DNA from: Candidatus Latescibacterota bacterium
GTDB taxonomy: Bacteria; Latescibacterota; UBA2968; SICM01
NCBI GenBank assembly: GCA_965217865.1
Contig: CBDCJO010000002.1
Coordinates: forward strand, 4,288,001 to 4,352,000
Length of the DNA stretch: 64,000 nt
Reading direction: 5' to 3'
The notes under the pieces are model-generated. The model did no database searches. It was not told where the DNA came from and worked only from the letters and a program-made list of their open reading frames with translations. Of this stretch, positions 1 to 9,447 are shown piece after piece (the first letter of the stretch is position 1; each line of letters begins with the position of its first letter). A program made the position numbers and the translations under genes.

Positions 1-528
1 TACGCCTACCACGGCAGCCTTTCCAACCGGACCTCGACCGGCGTGTAGTTTCTTGCCGGAATGTTTGTTTTTCTCCTTCCCTCCGATATAGGTTTCATCC
101 ACTTCGACAGGACCGGAGAACATTCCGTTTCCTTCCGTCCATGCCGCCCGTATACGATGGGCCAGGTACCATGCGCTTTTCTGTGTTATTCCGAGATCCC
201 GATGCAACTTCATGCTTGACGTACCCTTCATTCCAGTTGCAAAAAGATAAATTTCTATGGCCCATTTCTGATACCCGAGATTTGATCCTTGCATCAACGT
301 TCCCGTTTTCATGGAGAAATCCTTGCGGCATTTCCGGCATCGGTAAGGTTGAGGCTTTCTTTTTGGACGTGATTGAACGTCGCTGGACTTGCATGCCGGA
401 CATCGAACACCATTAGGCCAACGGATTCGAACGAACCAATCTTCCGCCATGCCGTCGTTCGGAAAACGTTTTGTCAGGTCCAATAACGAAATCCCCTTCC
501 TGTAATACTTTCCAGGCCCTTTTCCCAT
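1..528 (-). CDS. IS1595-family transposase, N-terminal part (runs off window start; not in ORF track)
   Basis: Manual translation from ATG at 528: MGKGPGKYYRKGISLLDL...CPAC...CRKC...SSMKLHRDLGITQKSAW...GPVEVDETYIGGKEKNKH. Zn ribbon plus start of the DDE domain; clearly homologous to 8488-9432. Confidence 0.9.
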   Translation of the reverse strand, partial: MGKGPGKYYRKGISLLDLTKRFPNDGMAEDWFVRIRWPNGVRCPACKSSDVQSRPKRKPQPYRCRKCRKDFSMKTGTLMQGSNLGYQKWAIEIYLFATGMKGTSSMKLHRDLGITQKSAWYLAHRIRAAWTEGNGMFSGPVEVDETYIGGKEKNKHSGKKLHAGRGPVGKAAVVGV

Positions 529-606
529 AACATAACCTCCTTTATTTACATATAAATATAAGCAATTTCAGGCGGCATGTCAAGGGTAAAATAATATATA
601 ATTCCC
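1..606 (-). mobile_element. IS1595-family element, left end
   Basis: Minus strand from 606 reads GGGAATTATATATT...TTGACA, similar to the left TIR GGGAATTACATATT of the IS1595 at 8392. Confidence 0.8.
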
Positions 607-1299
607 ATAGTTTTCCGTATCATCTTGAGCGGCACCTGCATTTTGCAAATATAGTCTCCTGGTTATATGAATTCCTTTCTGATTTCAGGCGGAGTGCTGA
701 AATAAAAAGATATCAAACCATATATCAAATCACGTAGAAACAAGCAAATACCGAGCCTTATGATGGAACCGGGGTTTCGGCGGTTTTCCAGTTCTTGAAA
801 CTACCAAAATGGTATAATGGAAGGAAAAATATTCCAAGAATCCGGCGAAAAGCCCCGGCCTAATCTCTGTAACAAACAAGGCCCAGGATCCTCACCGAAT
901 TCCCGTATAACGGGTAGGAGGATCGTTGAGCCCCGAAATGAAACATTTAACAAGATGAATATAAACACTTGAGAACAGAAAATCAATTGGAAGACATACG
1001 GTTTTTTGCGAAAAAACCTCCCTATTGTATAGGGTATTTTACCCTATTATGCCATTGGTATATATACCTACTTGTGACGTATATCACACCCTTTCATGTA
1101 GGATATATTCTAATTCGTGCCCAGGATAAATTCGGGTTCATACCTGTTTTGGAGCCCAATTTTCCCCCATTATCCATTAGGTGTTTCTCCCTATCCGTGA
1201 TCGATATCACAACGGCATTATAAGAACCTTTCCCCTGTGATCTAGCCCCTCCTCAACCCGCCGATCCCCCGCTTTCGATCAACCTCAATCCGCCAACCT

Positions 1300-1343
1300 C
1301 ACAAAAAAAACCCGCCAGGCGACATCTTGGTCCGCCTTGCGGG
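1300..1343 (-). terminator. Intrinsic terminator downstream of response regulator genes
   Basis: Minus strand ACCCGCAAGGCG...CGCCTGGCGGGT hairpin followed by a T run. Confidence 0.6.
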
Positions 1344-1554
1344 TCCCCGACCTGAATCGATAGTTCCTTGTTTACACGCTAAAACCATAAAATGGGGTAT
1401 TCAAATAGAATGGTCTTAACAGTTAAAATATAAACATTTGAGGGTTTAAGATCAATTGGAAGAACTCCGCATTTTTCAAAAAAAATTTCCCCTATTAGGA
1501 GGAGGAATGATTCCTATTCGGATTGGGTAATATTCCACGAATTTAAGCCGAATT

Positions 1555-2259
1555 TTATGAAGACCCCCGCTGGTTATTTTCCCCAACCCGCTTTTCGTGG
1601 AGCTTGACAGCCCGTGCAACGACATCCCGAATCTCATCCACCCCTTTCAGGGGTTTCCGCAGGAAGAAATCAAAGGGAGAAAATTTGGGGTCCTTCTCCT
1701 GGATTTGCCAGCCGGTCATCAGAATGATTCCAACCGTTGGGTCGATCTGACGAAACTCAAAGGCCAACCGTTCTCCAGGAATATCCGGTATATCCAGGTC
1801 GATCATGGCCACATCATAACCTTTTCCGAATTCTTCCAGGGCTTCACCACCCCTGAGAACAGCTGTCGTATCGTGGCTTCCCCGAAAAACCTCCGCCAGG
1901 GTCAGACCGACGGCCTCCATATCGTCCACGACGAGGATCCTCGCCCTATCCACCGGGGTGGAACCCACATCGCTTACAACCGGATTCGCGTCCCCCACAT
2001 CCTCATCCTGAGAAATCACTTGAAGACGGCTGACCAGTTCCTGAGCCTGCATCGCCGAAGAATGAATCAGCTCGAATTTTCGGAGATTCTGCGAATCGAC
2101 ATTCTCTTCTTTCAGGAGCTGGGCGTTCACGACGATCCCCATCAACAGATTGTTGAGGTTGTGATAAACTCGTCCAACATCTTCACCCGATTCAAACTCG
2201 ATCCCCCGGGTCGACGCCCCTTCCTCATCTGAAAGAATCTTGCCGGATTTTTCTCCCAT
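1555..2259 (-). CDS. Response regulator receiver protein with N-terminal HisKA-like helix pair
   Basis: HNLNNLLMGIVVNAQLL (H-box-like), then REC motifs RILVVDD, DVAMIDLDIP, ILMTG, FLRKP. Confidence 0.75.
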   Translation of the reverse strand: MGEKSGKILSDEEGASTRGIEFESGEDVGRVYHNLNNLLMGIVVNAQLLKEENVDSQNLRKFELIHSSAMQAQELVSRLQVISQDEDVGDANPVVSDVGSTPVDRARILVVDDMEAVGLTLAEVFRGSHDTTAVLRGGEALEEFGKGYDVAMIDLDIPDIPGERLAFEFRQIDPTVGIILMTGWQIQEKDPKFSPFDFFLRKPLKGVDEIRDVVARAVKLHEKRVGENNQRGSS

Positions 2260-2470
2260 ATCGAAATCCGTGGATCGTGATTCGTGAATCGGGGTTCGGA
2301 GAACTCTGCGAGATGCGCTTCACTAGCTACGAGATACGGCATTTCTCCCGGGTACCGGGAGAGGGGAAGTTCGGATGAATGTCACATCCAATCCGCGCGG
2401 AAATGAATTCCCGCGCTACGGATATAAAGTCCGCCAACAGGCGGACTCCCCACCCAGGCTCATCTCCGTC

Positions 2471-2573
2471 CCCTTCGACTACACTTCGTTCCGCTCAGGA
2501 CCGAGGCTTCGATTGCGTTCCGCAAAAAACACGGAACGGAGTTTATCCTGAGCTTGTCGAAGGGCTCAGGATG
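2471..2573. repeat. REP/MITE-like palindromic repeat family A (CCTTCGAC...GCTCAGG)
   Basis: CCCTTCGACTACACTTCGTTCCGCTCAGG and CCTGAGCTTGTCGAAGG; related sequence at 32632-32839 and 38999-39335. Confidence 0.7.
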
Positions 2574-2711
2574 TTCTCATTATGGTTTATGATTCCCCTA
2601 ACAATCGAGGCCTCGCTTCTTCCACTGCTACTCCTTTGCCTTTCCTGCAACTGCTACCTGCTACTGCCACTGCTTTTCCCTGACCTCCGACCTCTGACCC
2701 CTGACCTCTGT

Positions 2712-3377
2712 TTAACCTTGGTCCGCCTCATCCACATCAATCAACGCTGATCGAATCGCGTACCGTATCAGTTGGGAAATGTTCTCCAACCCGAGTTTTC
2801 GCATGACCCTTCCCCGATGGGCCGCGACCGTCTTCTCGGAAAGATTGAGAAGTTCGGCAATCTTCTTGTTTGTGCTTCCCTGGGCGACCAGTTTCAGCAC
2901 TTCCCTTTCCCTTTCGGATAGGACCTGACCATCTTCTTCTCCATCGGATTCGGCAGCGGCCTCCACATATCGATCGATAACCACTTTGGATACCGCAGTG
3001 CTCAGATACATCTCGTCCCGCATCACGGCCTCCACGGCGTTGATAAGCCCCTGGAAATCCGTACTCTTGGCCACATACCCTGATGCTCCGGCTTTCAGGG
3101 ATTCCCGGACATACTTTTCCTGCAAGTACATGCTCAGGACGATGACCTTTACGTGGGGAAATGATTTCTTGATCTCACGCGTAGCCTCAATACCGTCCAG
3201 GCCGGGCATGACAAGATCGATGATCACCACATCAGGGAGAAGCTCGCTTGTTAAGGCCACGGTCGACTGGCCGTCATCTGTCTCACCCACCACTTCGATC
3301 TTTCCCGTGGCCTCCAGGAGGCTCCGAAGACCTTCCCGGACGATTGCGTGGTCATCTGAAAGAATAACTCGAGTCAT
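2712..3377 (-). CDS. NarL/FixJ-family response regulator (REC + LuxR HTH)
   Basis: DDHAIVREGL, PDVVIIDLVMP, LSEREREVL...NKKIAELLNLSEKTV. Confidence 0.95.
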   Translation of the reverse strand: MTRVILSDDHAIVREGLRSLLEATGKIEVVGETDDGQSTVALTSELLPDVVIIDLVMPGLDGIEATREIKKSFPHVKVIVLSMYLQEKYVRESLKAGASGYVAKSTDFQGLINAVEAVMRDEMYLSTAVSKVVIDRYVEAAAESDGEEDGQVLSEREREVLKLVAQGSTNKKIAELLNLSEKTVAAHRGRVMRKLGLENISQLIRYAIRSALIDVDEADQG

Positions 3378-3588
3378 TTCAATCTCTTAGGGTTTTGGTT
3401 GAATGCCAATCAACCTTCTTCTTCAGAAAGATATTAAATATATCGGTGGAATGGAAATAAATATATATTATGAAATTAACTTACGCAACAAATGTTTGTA
3501 ACGAATTACCAGAAAGATTTCCCTGCCGGAGAAACACAAGAGTAAAGTATAGTTTTTTTCGGACCCCTCTTACAACAAATTCCTGATT

Positions 3589-4329
3589 ATGGGAGAAATG
3601 CCAATGGTTCTGAAGAATATGCGCCCTTATCAACTAAAGGAGGCGGTGGCTCTGGGGCATCCCCTGATGCTGCCCGCCGGCTGCATCGAAACCCACGGCC
3701 CCCACATGGCCATCGGCCACGATACCATCATCGTCGAAGAAATCTGCGCCCGCGTCGCCGAACGAACTCCGATCGTCATCGCCCCGTCGTTTGACTACGG
3801 CATGACCGGCTTCGCCCTGGGCGGACCGGCGGACGGAACCATCGAACCGAACCATCGGGGGTTCGAGCTGTTCAGCAAAAGCATTCTCGACAACTTCCTC
3901 GAGATGGGCTTCAGGAAGATCTACGTCAACATCATGCATCAAGGCATGGAAGGGCACCTGGCGCTGACCCTCAAGAAGGCCGCTGTCGAGCTATTCAACG
4001 ATGGCGTGTTAAAGGCCGGATACCCCCCGGGGTGGTGGGGAGATAAAACGTTGCGGGAGGAAGTCACCCCCCGCATCGAAGTCCTGCCGATGATCTTGCC
4101 GGATGCGAGTCCGCCGGCCCGCGCAGACCACGCCGCCTACAACGAAACCTCCTTCCTGCTCGCCACCCGGCCCGAACTGGTGGAGCAGGACCGCCTGGAC
4201 GACGACGCCCCGTGGTATTGCAGAAAGAACGAGGAGCTCAACAGCTGGACGGCCAATGCCGAGCACGGTAAGATCATGGTGGATGCCGTGGTCGACGCCT
4301 GGGTGAAAAAGATCGATAGCGAACGTTAA
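3589..4329 (+). CDS. Creatininase-family amidohydrolase
   Basis: PAGCIETHGPHMAIGHD and DHAAYNETS motifs. Confidence 0.85.
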   Translation: MGEMPMVLKNMRPYQLKEAVALGHPLMLPAGCIETHGPHMAIGHDTIIVEEICARVAERTPIVIAPSFDYGMTGFALGGPADGTIEPNHRGFELFSKSILDNFLEMGFRKIYVNIMHQGMEGHLALTLKKAAVELFNDGVLKAGYPPGWWGDKTLREEVTPRIEVLPMILPDASPPARADHAAYNETSFLLATRPELVEQDRLDDDAPWYCRKNEELNSWTANAEHGKIMVDAVVDAWVKKIDSER

Positions 4330-4370
4330 GAAGGAAATAGTAGAGTGAGACGGGTGTCGAGGAGGAAATC

Positions 4371-5561
4371 GTGAACAGCAGGGAATATGTGATGTCGTTG
4401 AATCTCGAGACGGCGACACACGATGCGATAGAGGCAATACTCGGAGCTCGCGAAAGATTCAGACAATGGATAGAAACGATCCGACCGGAGAAACCACCTT
4501 TGGGAAGGTTCCACTGGGCACTGGAACACACCCGGGATGCAAGCATCCCGAGCACGGGATATGCCCTTGCCGGATTAAGTATGATGGGGCTGTTCGACGA
4601 GATCATAACCGACCAGGATAGAAGCGAGGGGACTGAGTGGGTAATGAGCCGCTACGTGGGCAACGGACAGTTCCGCGATCCCGCGCTGCTTAACAGAGTC
4701 AGTGCGGACTGGCCGAAGGATAAGGAGTGGCCTTCCCCCCCGATGCTCGAATCCGCGAACGGGTACGCGTATGGGTCACTGACGAAATACGGCGCAAAAG
4801 ACATTCCGGTTCGTCAACCGGCGAAGGGTTTACTCGATACGGACGGCTGGCAGGGTATGCTCAAGTTCATTACAACCAGAGACATTGATGAGAGTCCCTG
4901 GGGTGAAGGAAGCCACGCCGGGAGGATGTGCCTCTATCTGGTACGGGAGTATAGAGATGGAAAGGCCCCGATTGAGGCGGTCGTTAAGGCTGTGGAGTAT
5001 CTGTTGGGAAAACAGGATCCGGAGACAGGCCTGTGGGGCAAACCCGGACTGCCCCTCAACCAGAGGCTTAACGGAGCCTACAAGCTGTTCGGCTTCTTGC
5101 GGTGCACACTGGATCTGCCGCTCCCTTATGCCGACAGGTTGCTGGACAGTGGATTCGAATATTTCTACCGGCCTGATCACGATGAGAAAATCGATTCGTG
5201 CAGCGAGTGGGACGCCCTTATGGTGATGAGGGAATTGCAGCCTCTGGTAGGCGATTACAGGGAAGAGGAACTCAAGAAACTTGCGGCATACCGTATTGCG
5301 AGAATCGTGGACCTCGTGCAACAGCCGGACGGGGGATTCAGCGGATCGCGGACCTGCTGTACCACGAGCTTTGTCGGCTTCGATATGGCGCCGCCCATTC
5401 TGCAGGGTGATGTGCACGCCGTGATTTTCTCGCAAGCGATCGGCGAATGCGTTGATATGCTTGGAATCCAGGAACGATCGAAAACACCCGGTATGGGACG
5501 GCAGCGAGCAGAAGAAGACGTGGAACTGAGAAAACGCGTACGGGATGCCGTATTCGGATAG
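4371..5561 (+). CDS. Hypothetical protein, prenyltransferase/squalene-cyclase-like alpha-barrel repeats
   Basis: QDPETGLWG and QQPDGGFS QW-like repeats. Confidence 0.55.
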   Translation: MNSREYVMSLNLETATHDAIEAILGARERFRQWIETIRPEKPPLGRFHWALEHTRDASIPSTGYALAGLSMMGLFDEIITDQDRSEGTEWVMSRYVGNGQFRDPALLNRVSADWPKDKEWPSPPMLESANGYAYGSLTKYGAKDIPVRQPAKGLLDTDGWQGMLKFITTRDIDESPWGEGSHAGRMCLYLVREYRDGKAPIEAVVKAVEYLLGKQDPETGLWGKPGLPLNQRLNGAYKLFGFLRCTLDLPLPYADRLLDSGFEYFYRPDHDEKIDSCSEWDALMVMRELQPLVGDYREEELKKLAAYRIARIVDLVQQPDGGFSGSRTCCTTSFVGFDMAPPILQGDVHAVIFSQAIGECVDMLGIQERSKTPGMGRQRAEEDVELRKRVRDAVFG

Positions 5562-5795
5562 TCTACTTATCTTACCCACTACCAGATAAGGCCGTTTATG
5601 GAATCGCCGAGGGGTTGTCAAATTAAATATTGTTTTCTTCTATAAGAAGACATTTATGGTGGGGTGCGGTTTCCGCTTTCCGGCGTAAATACATAAACAT
5701 TAGACATAAGCGCAGCTTAACCCCACACACAAATGGGGACGTCTCCTCCATAGGCCGCCATAGACACCGCACGGTGAATTGTTTATATTTGAACA

Positions 5796-6299
5796 GTGGG
5801 AGAAATTCTCTTGGATGCAGAGCCTAAACCGAAAGTCTATTTGGAAACGAGCGTGGTGGGATATTACGCGAGCCCACCGAGTCGCAATATTGTAACAGCC
5901 GCTCGTCAAGAACTCACTCGCGATTGGTGGGCAGAGAGCCTTCCACACTTTGACACATACATTTCTGCTTTGGTGTTACGTGAAGTCAGTGAAGGACACG
6001 AAAGTGCGGTGGAGGGACGTCGACAAGCAATTTCTGGAATCAAAGTATTGGAGATCAATGAAAACGCGGAAACTCTAGCCGAAACGCTCATGACTTCTGG
6101 CGCGATTCCGCAAGAGCATCCCGAAGATGCGCTGCATATTGCACTTGCAACCGTTCATGGAATGGATTTCCTTGTCACATGGAACTTCGCGCACATAAAT
6201 AATGCGGTCATGAAGCGGAGAATCGAGGACGTGTGTGAATCCAAAGATTATGGGTGTCCAGTTATCTGTTCTCCCGAGGAGCTTGGAGGCCAATCATGA
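5796..6299 (+). CDS. PIN-domain (VapC-like) toxin
   Basis: VYLETSVVGY, EDALHIALA, FLVTWNFAHI. Confidence 0.9.
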   Translation: MGEILLDAEPKPKVYLETSVVGYYASPPSRNIVTAARQELTRDWWAESLPHFDTYISALVLREVSEGHESAVEGRRQAISGIKVLEINENAETLAETLMTSGAIPQEHPEDALHIALATVHGMDFLVTWNFAHINNAVMKRRIEDVCESKDYGCPVICSPEELGGQS

Positions 6300-6463
6300 A
6301 GTTCGACCCAATCGTCGATGAGATTCGGCGAATCCGTAACACCCACGCGGCTCGCTTGAACTACAATCTGAAGGCCATTTGTGCAGATCTAAAGAAGATA
6401 GAGAAAGAGTACGGTCAACCCGTGGTGTCTCTTCCCCCCAAGCGGTTGGAGAAGAGAAGATAA
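6296..6463 (+). CDS. Small putative antitoxin partner of the PIN protein
   Basis: ATGA overlap with PIN stop; MKFDPIVDEIRRIR..., a type commonly found downstream of this PIN subfamily. Confidence 0.7.
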   Translation: MKFDPIVDEIRRIRNTHAARLNYNLKAICADLKKIEKEYGQPVVSLPPKRLEKRR

Positions 6464-6569
6464 TTACTTAATCGAGTTGACGCCCAACCGAATATATTCC
6501 TCTCTTTTCCATCCTGACGGCCTTGCCTTCTCTTATTTAGGCCGCATCCTATCCCAAGCTGTACCAAAC

Positions 6570-6710
6570 GCATAACACCCGCACCCCCGGCTCCGGCCCT
6601 TTCGGCAGAAACCCAACCAGCCTTCACGGTTACGGCGCTTCATGATTTTCTGAAACCCGTGATGCAAGCGACGCGCCCACGGCAGGTTCGGGGGTGCCAA
6701 AACGTTATTT
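6570..6710 (+). other. attC-like site (141 bp)
   Basis: GCATAAC...GTTATTT cores; inner arms GCACCCCCG/CGGGGGTGC; CAGGTTCG motif. Confidence 0.7.
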
Positions 6711-6792
6711 AAAACTGGCGCAAAGACAAACCCCAACACCCCACTCCGGCAAATCGCGTACAAGAAGCAACGACTATCTCATCTTGAGTTTT
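6701..6792 (+). repeat. About 92-bp direct repeat, copy 1 (copy 2 at 8239-8330)
   Basis: AACGTTATTYAAAACTGGCGCAAAGACAAACCCCAACACCCCACYCCGGCAAATCGCGYACAARAAGCAAC is shared by both copies. Confidence 0.9.
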
Positions 6793-6840
6793 CTACCGCA
6801 AACGAACTTACATCATATTTCACTAGGAGGCTATTGAGAC

Positions 6841-8154
6841 ATGAGCCCGACGGCCCAGGACCGGACAAGGGTTCTGGCGGCGCTAATGCGATCATCTCGT
6901 CCAAACACTTTCTCGAGAGTATGCTTCTTTCTAGGGGCCGGAGCACCTAGAGGCGCAGGCGTGCCGCTTGCCGATGAGCTTAAGGATACGGTTGCGAACT
7001 CCATTTTTGGAGCAGACGTGCCATCTGCAATAGCTGAAGGACGTCTTGAGGACGCGCTCGAACTTTTCCAGGCAATGGGAGGACGAGATGGCTATGAGCT
7101 TGTGGCAGCGGAGATCAGGCGATATTCAACTCAGCCAGAGGCCTACCCTCTCCTTGCTGATCTGATCGCTCGAGGATTTGTGGAGGCAATTCTGACGACG
7201 AACTTCGATCTCTTGCTCGACCTGCTGCCTGCGATTCGCGCTGTGGACTTCGCTCTGTTTGCGACAGATGAAGACTTCGACAGTCGCCAAGTGCCAACCA
7301 ACCAAACCTTAGTAGCCAAGCTACATGGATGCTCGTCTGATCCGGCTTCTATGCGTGGATCTTGGACGGACACGAAAGAACTGCCCACCGCTCGTAGCAC
7401 TGTCTTGTCGCACTATGTGTCAACCTACCCGATGGTCTTCGTCGGTTGGGCCGGCCTCGACGCAGATATTGTCCCTATACTCGAATCGATCTCAGCAAAA
7501 TCGGATCACCCAAAGATCTTCTGGGTTAACCCTTCGGACGGGGCCCCCCCTGCCGCAATTGTGAATCTCCTCGCAAAATTCGACTCGATAGAGAATTACA
7601 TCTCCCTGCCTGCAGACGAATTCTTCGCCCTCTTGCATGCCGAGCTGTTCCCTGAGGCCGCTGCGGGCAGCTCAGATGTGGACGTGGCACGCGCGATCCT
7701 AAAGAGGCTGTCCCGGTCCACTGCGAGGAGAGACTTGGAGACGGCAGCGAAGATACGGAAGGATCGAGAGGAGTTTCGACATCGTCTCGATGCTCTGATT
7801 AGGAAGTTCGTGGCGTCATTGAAGACAACCCTCGCGCCAGAATCTGATCTGGTGATCGCCGGTGGCAGGAAGCTTGAGGTCCGGACCGGTGGTCCGGTCT
7901 TGATTCTCCGCCACGAGGTGGAGTACACTGACACGGGCTCCGATCTAACAGTACGTGCTGGACTTGAGTTCTATGAACGGTCGAAGCCGGGAATCGGTGC
8001 TCCCCTTCCGCCTGCTATTGATCGGGGAACTCGATCGATCGTTGTAGAGTGGGGAAGTGAGGCAGGCCTCGTAAACCTTCGACTCTGGCTGGACAGCGAA
8101 GTAACGGCCCTCCTCACGGAGGTTCTTACAGAGATGGAAGGAAACACCAGCTAG
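6841..8154 (+). CDS. SIR2-family (SIR2_2-like) protein with uncharacterised C-terminal domain
   Basis: FFLGAGA, ILTTNFD, AKLHGC, VFVGWAGLD, IFWVNP motifs; RBS AGGAGG upstream. Confidence 0.9.
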   Translation: MSPTAQDRTRVLAALMRSSRPNTFSRVCFFLGAGAPRGAGVPLADELKDTVANSIFGADVPSAIAEGRLEDALELFQAMGGRDGYELVAAEIRRYSTQPEAYPLLADLIARGFVEAILTTNFDLLLDLLPAIRAVDFALFATDEDFDSRQVPTNQTLVAKLHGCSSDPASMRGSWTDTKELPTARSTVLSHYVSTYPMVFVGWAGLDADIVPILESISAKSDHPKIFWVNPSDGAPPAAIVNLLAKFDSIENYISLPADEFFALLHAELFPEAAAGSSDVDVARAILKRLSRSTARRDLETAAKIRKDREEFRHRLDALIRKFVASLKTTLAPESDLVIAGGRKLEVRTGGPVLILRHEVEYTDTGSDLTVRAGLEFYERSKPGIGAPLPPAIDRGTRSIVVEWGSEAGLVNLRLWLDSEVTALLTEVLTEMEGNTS

Positions 8155-8176
8155 TCGGAATACACCTTCTGTAGCT

Positions 8177-8248
8177 CTCTAACAACGGTATGAAACAGAC
8201 TCCCACTTTCGCTCCACTCCGCCAGGCTCGCATCCGGGAACGTTATTC
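8177..8248 (+). other. attC-like site (72 bp)
   Basis: CTCTAAC...GTTATTC cores; arms CGG(T)ATG/CATCCG with one extrahelical base; lies 22 bp after the SIR2 stop. Confidence 0.65.
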
Positions 8249-8330
8249 AAAACTGGCGCAAAGACAAACCCCAACACCCCACCCCGGCAAATCGCGCACA
8301 AAAAGCAACAACCACTCCATTTGAGTTTTT
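8239..8330 (+). repeat. About 92-bp direct repeat, copy 2
   Basis: Matches 6701-6792. Confidence 0.9.
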
Positions 8331-8409
8331 CCACAACGAATGGACCTTCATCTAGTCTAGTTGCCGATTTTTTGGGTATAACCAATAGTTGGGGAATTAC
8401 ATATTTAAC

Positions 8410-8438
8410 TTGACAAACGCAAGGCAATTGTTTATATT
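8410..8438 (+). promoter_or_regulatory. sigma70-like promoter of the IS1595 transposase
   Basis: TTGACA-17 bp-TATATT; the -35 lies inside the left TIR. Confidence 0.65.
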
Positions 8439-8487
8439 TAAAATTGTTTGTTAGAACAGAGAGTAAACAACAAAAAGGACAATTGCC

Positions 8488-9432
8488 ATGTCACAGAAAG
8501 CGCCTGGAAAGTCTCACCGCAAGGGAATTTCGATTCTCGAATTGGCCGACATGTTTCCAGATGAAGCGGCCGCGGTGATTTGGTTTGAAAAGCAGCTCTG
8601 GAATGGGGATCGTTGCTGTGGTCATTGTGGAAGCGTCAAGACGCGCGAGGTACCCAATACCAAGCCCATGCCTTACTGGTGCACGGATTGCCGGTCTTAC
8701 TTCAGCGTCAAGACTGGCACTGTCATAGAGAAATCTCGCCTGCCACTTCGCAAGTGGGTCTTTGCGATTTACATCTGTGTCACACATCTCAAAGGTGTTT
8801 CCAGTATGAAGCTCCATCGGGATTTGAAGGTGACGCAAAAGACCGCATGGTTCATGCTCCACCGCCTACGTGAAACATGGGGGACGGATATGGCGGTAAA
8901 GTTCGAGGGTCCCGTTGAGGTTGATGAGACCTATATCGGTGGCAGGGAAAAGAACAAGCATGCAAATAAGAAGTTGCACGCGGGGCGAGGCACAGTAGGC
9001 AAGGTTGCCGTGGCGGGTGCGAAGGATCGTAAGACGCGAAAAGTAAGAACTCAAGTAGTTGAACACACGGACGGCGCGACCCTTCAGGGTTTTGTCCACA
9101 ACAATGTGAAGGATGGCGCAACGGTCTATACGGATGATGCAACGGCCTATCAGAACATGTACGGCTTTGATCACAAATCCGTGAAGCACAGCGTTGGCGA
9201 GTTTGTAAGAAAAAAGGCTCACACGAACGGTATGGAAAGCTTTTGGGCATTGCTGAAGCGTGGCTATTATGGCACCTATCACAAAATGAGCCTCAAGCAT
9301 CTGCAGCGTTACGTCAATGAATTCGCTGGACGTTGCAGTATTCGGGACGTGGATACCGTGAAGCAGATGCAATCCGTTGTTGCGGGGATGATCGGAAAAC
9401 GGTTGATGTATAAGGAACTGATTCAAAGTTAG
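8488..9432 (+). CDS. IS1595-family transposase
   Basis: CGHC/CTDC Zn ribbon, VEVDETYIGG, VYTDD, HTNGMESFW, YHKMSLKHLQRYVNEF. Confidence 0.95.
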   Translation: MSQKAPGKSHRKGISILELADMFPDEAAAVIWFEKQLWNGDRCCGHCGSVKTREVPNTKPMPYWCTDCRSYFSVKTGTVIEKSRLPLRKWVFAIYICVTHLKGVSSMKLHRDLKVTQKTAWFMLHRLRETWGTDMAVKFEGPVEVDETYIGGREKNKHANKKLHAGRGTVGKVAVAGAKDRKTRKVRTQVVEHTDGATLQGFVHNNVKDGATVYTDDATAYQNMYGFDHKSVKHSVGEFVRKKAHTNGMESFWALLKRGYYGTYHKMSLKHLQRYVNEFAGRCSIRDVDTVKQMQSVVAGMIGKRLMYKELIQS

Positions 9433-9447
9433 AAGGGAGAGAAGATC

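Noticed and set aside
95-416. ORF-track entries 95-403 and 141-416
   Set aside because: Shadow frames of the IS1595 transposase that runs off the window start.
2620-2712. Short heptamer-like repeats (CTGACCT, CTGCTAC) and ORF 2379-2750
   Set aside because: Low-complexity intergenic repeats; the ORF is built from repeat sequence and looks spurious.
5684-5706. Possible attI upstream of the PIN gene (TACATAAACATTAGAC)
   Set aside because: The core is ATTAGAC rather than GTTRRRY and there is no adjacent intI; too weak.
6841-8154. Calling the SIR2 gene Thoeris ThsA or DSR
   Set aside because: No TIR (ThsB) neighbour, no recognisable SLOG domain, and far shorter than DSR proteins.
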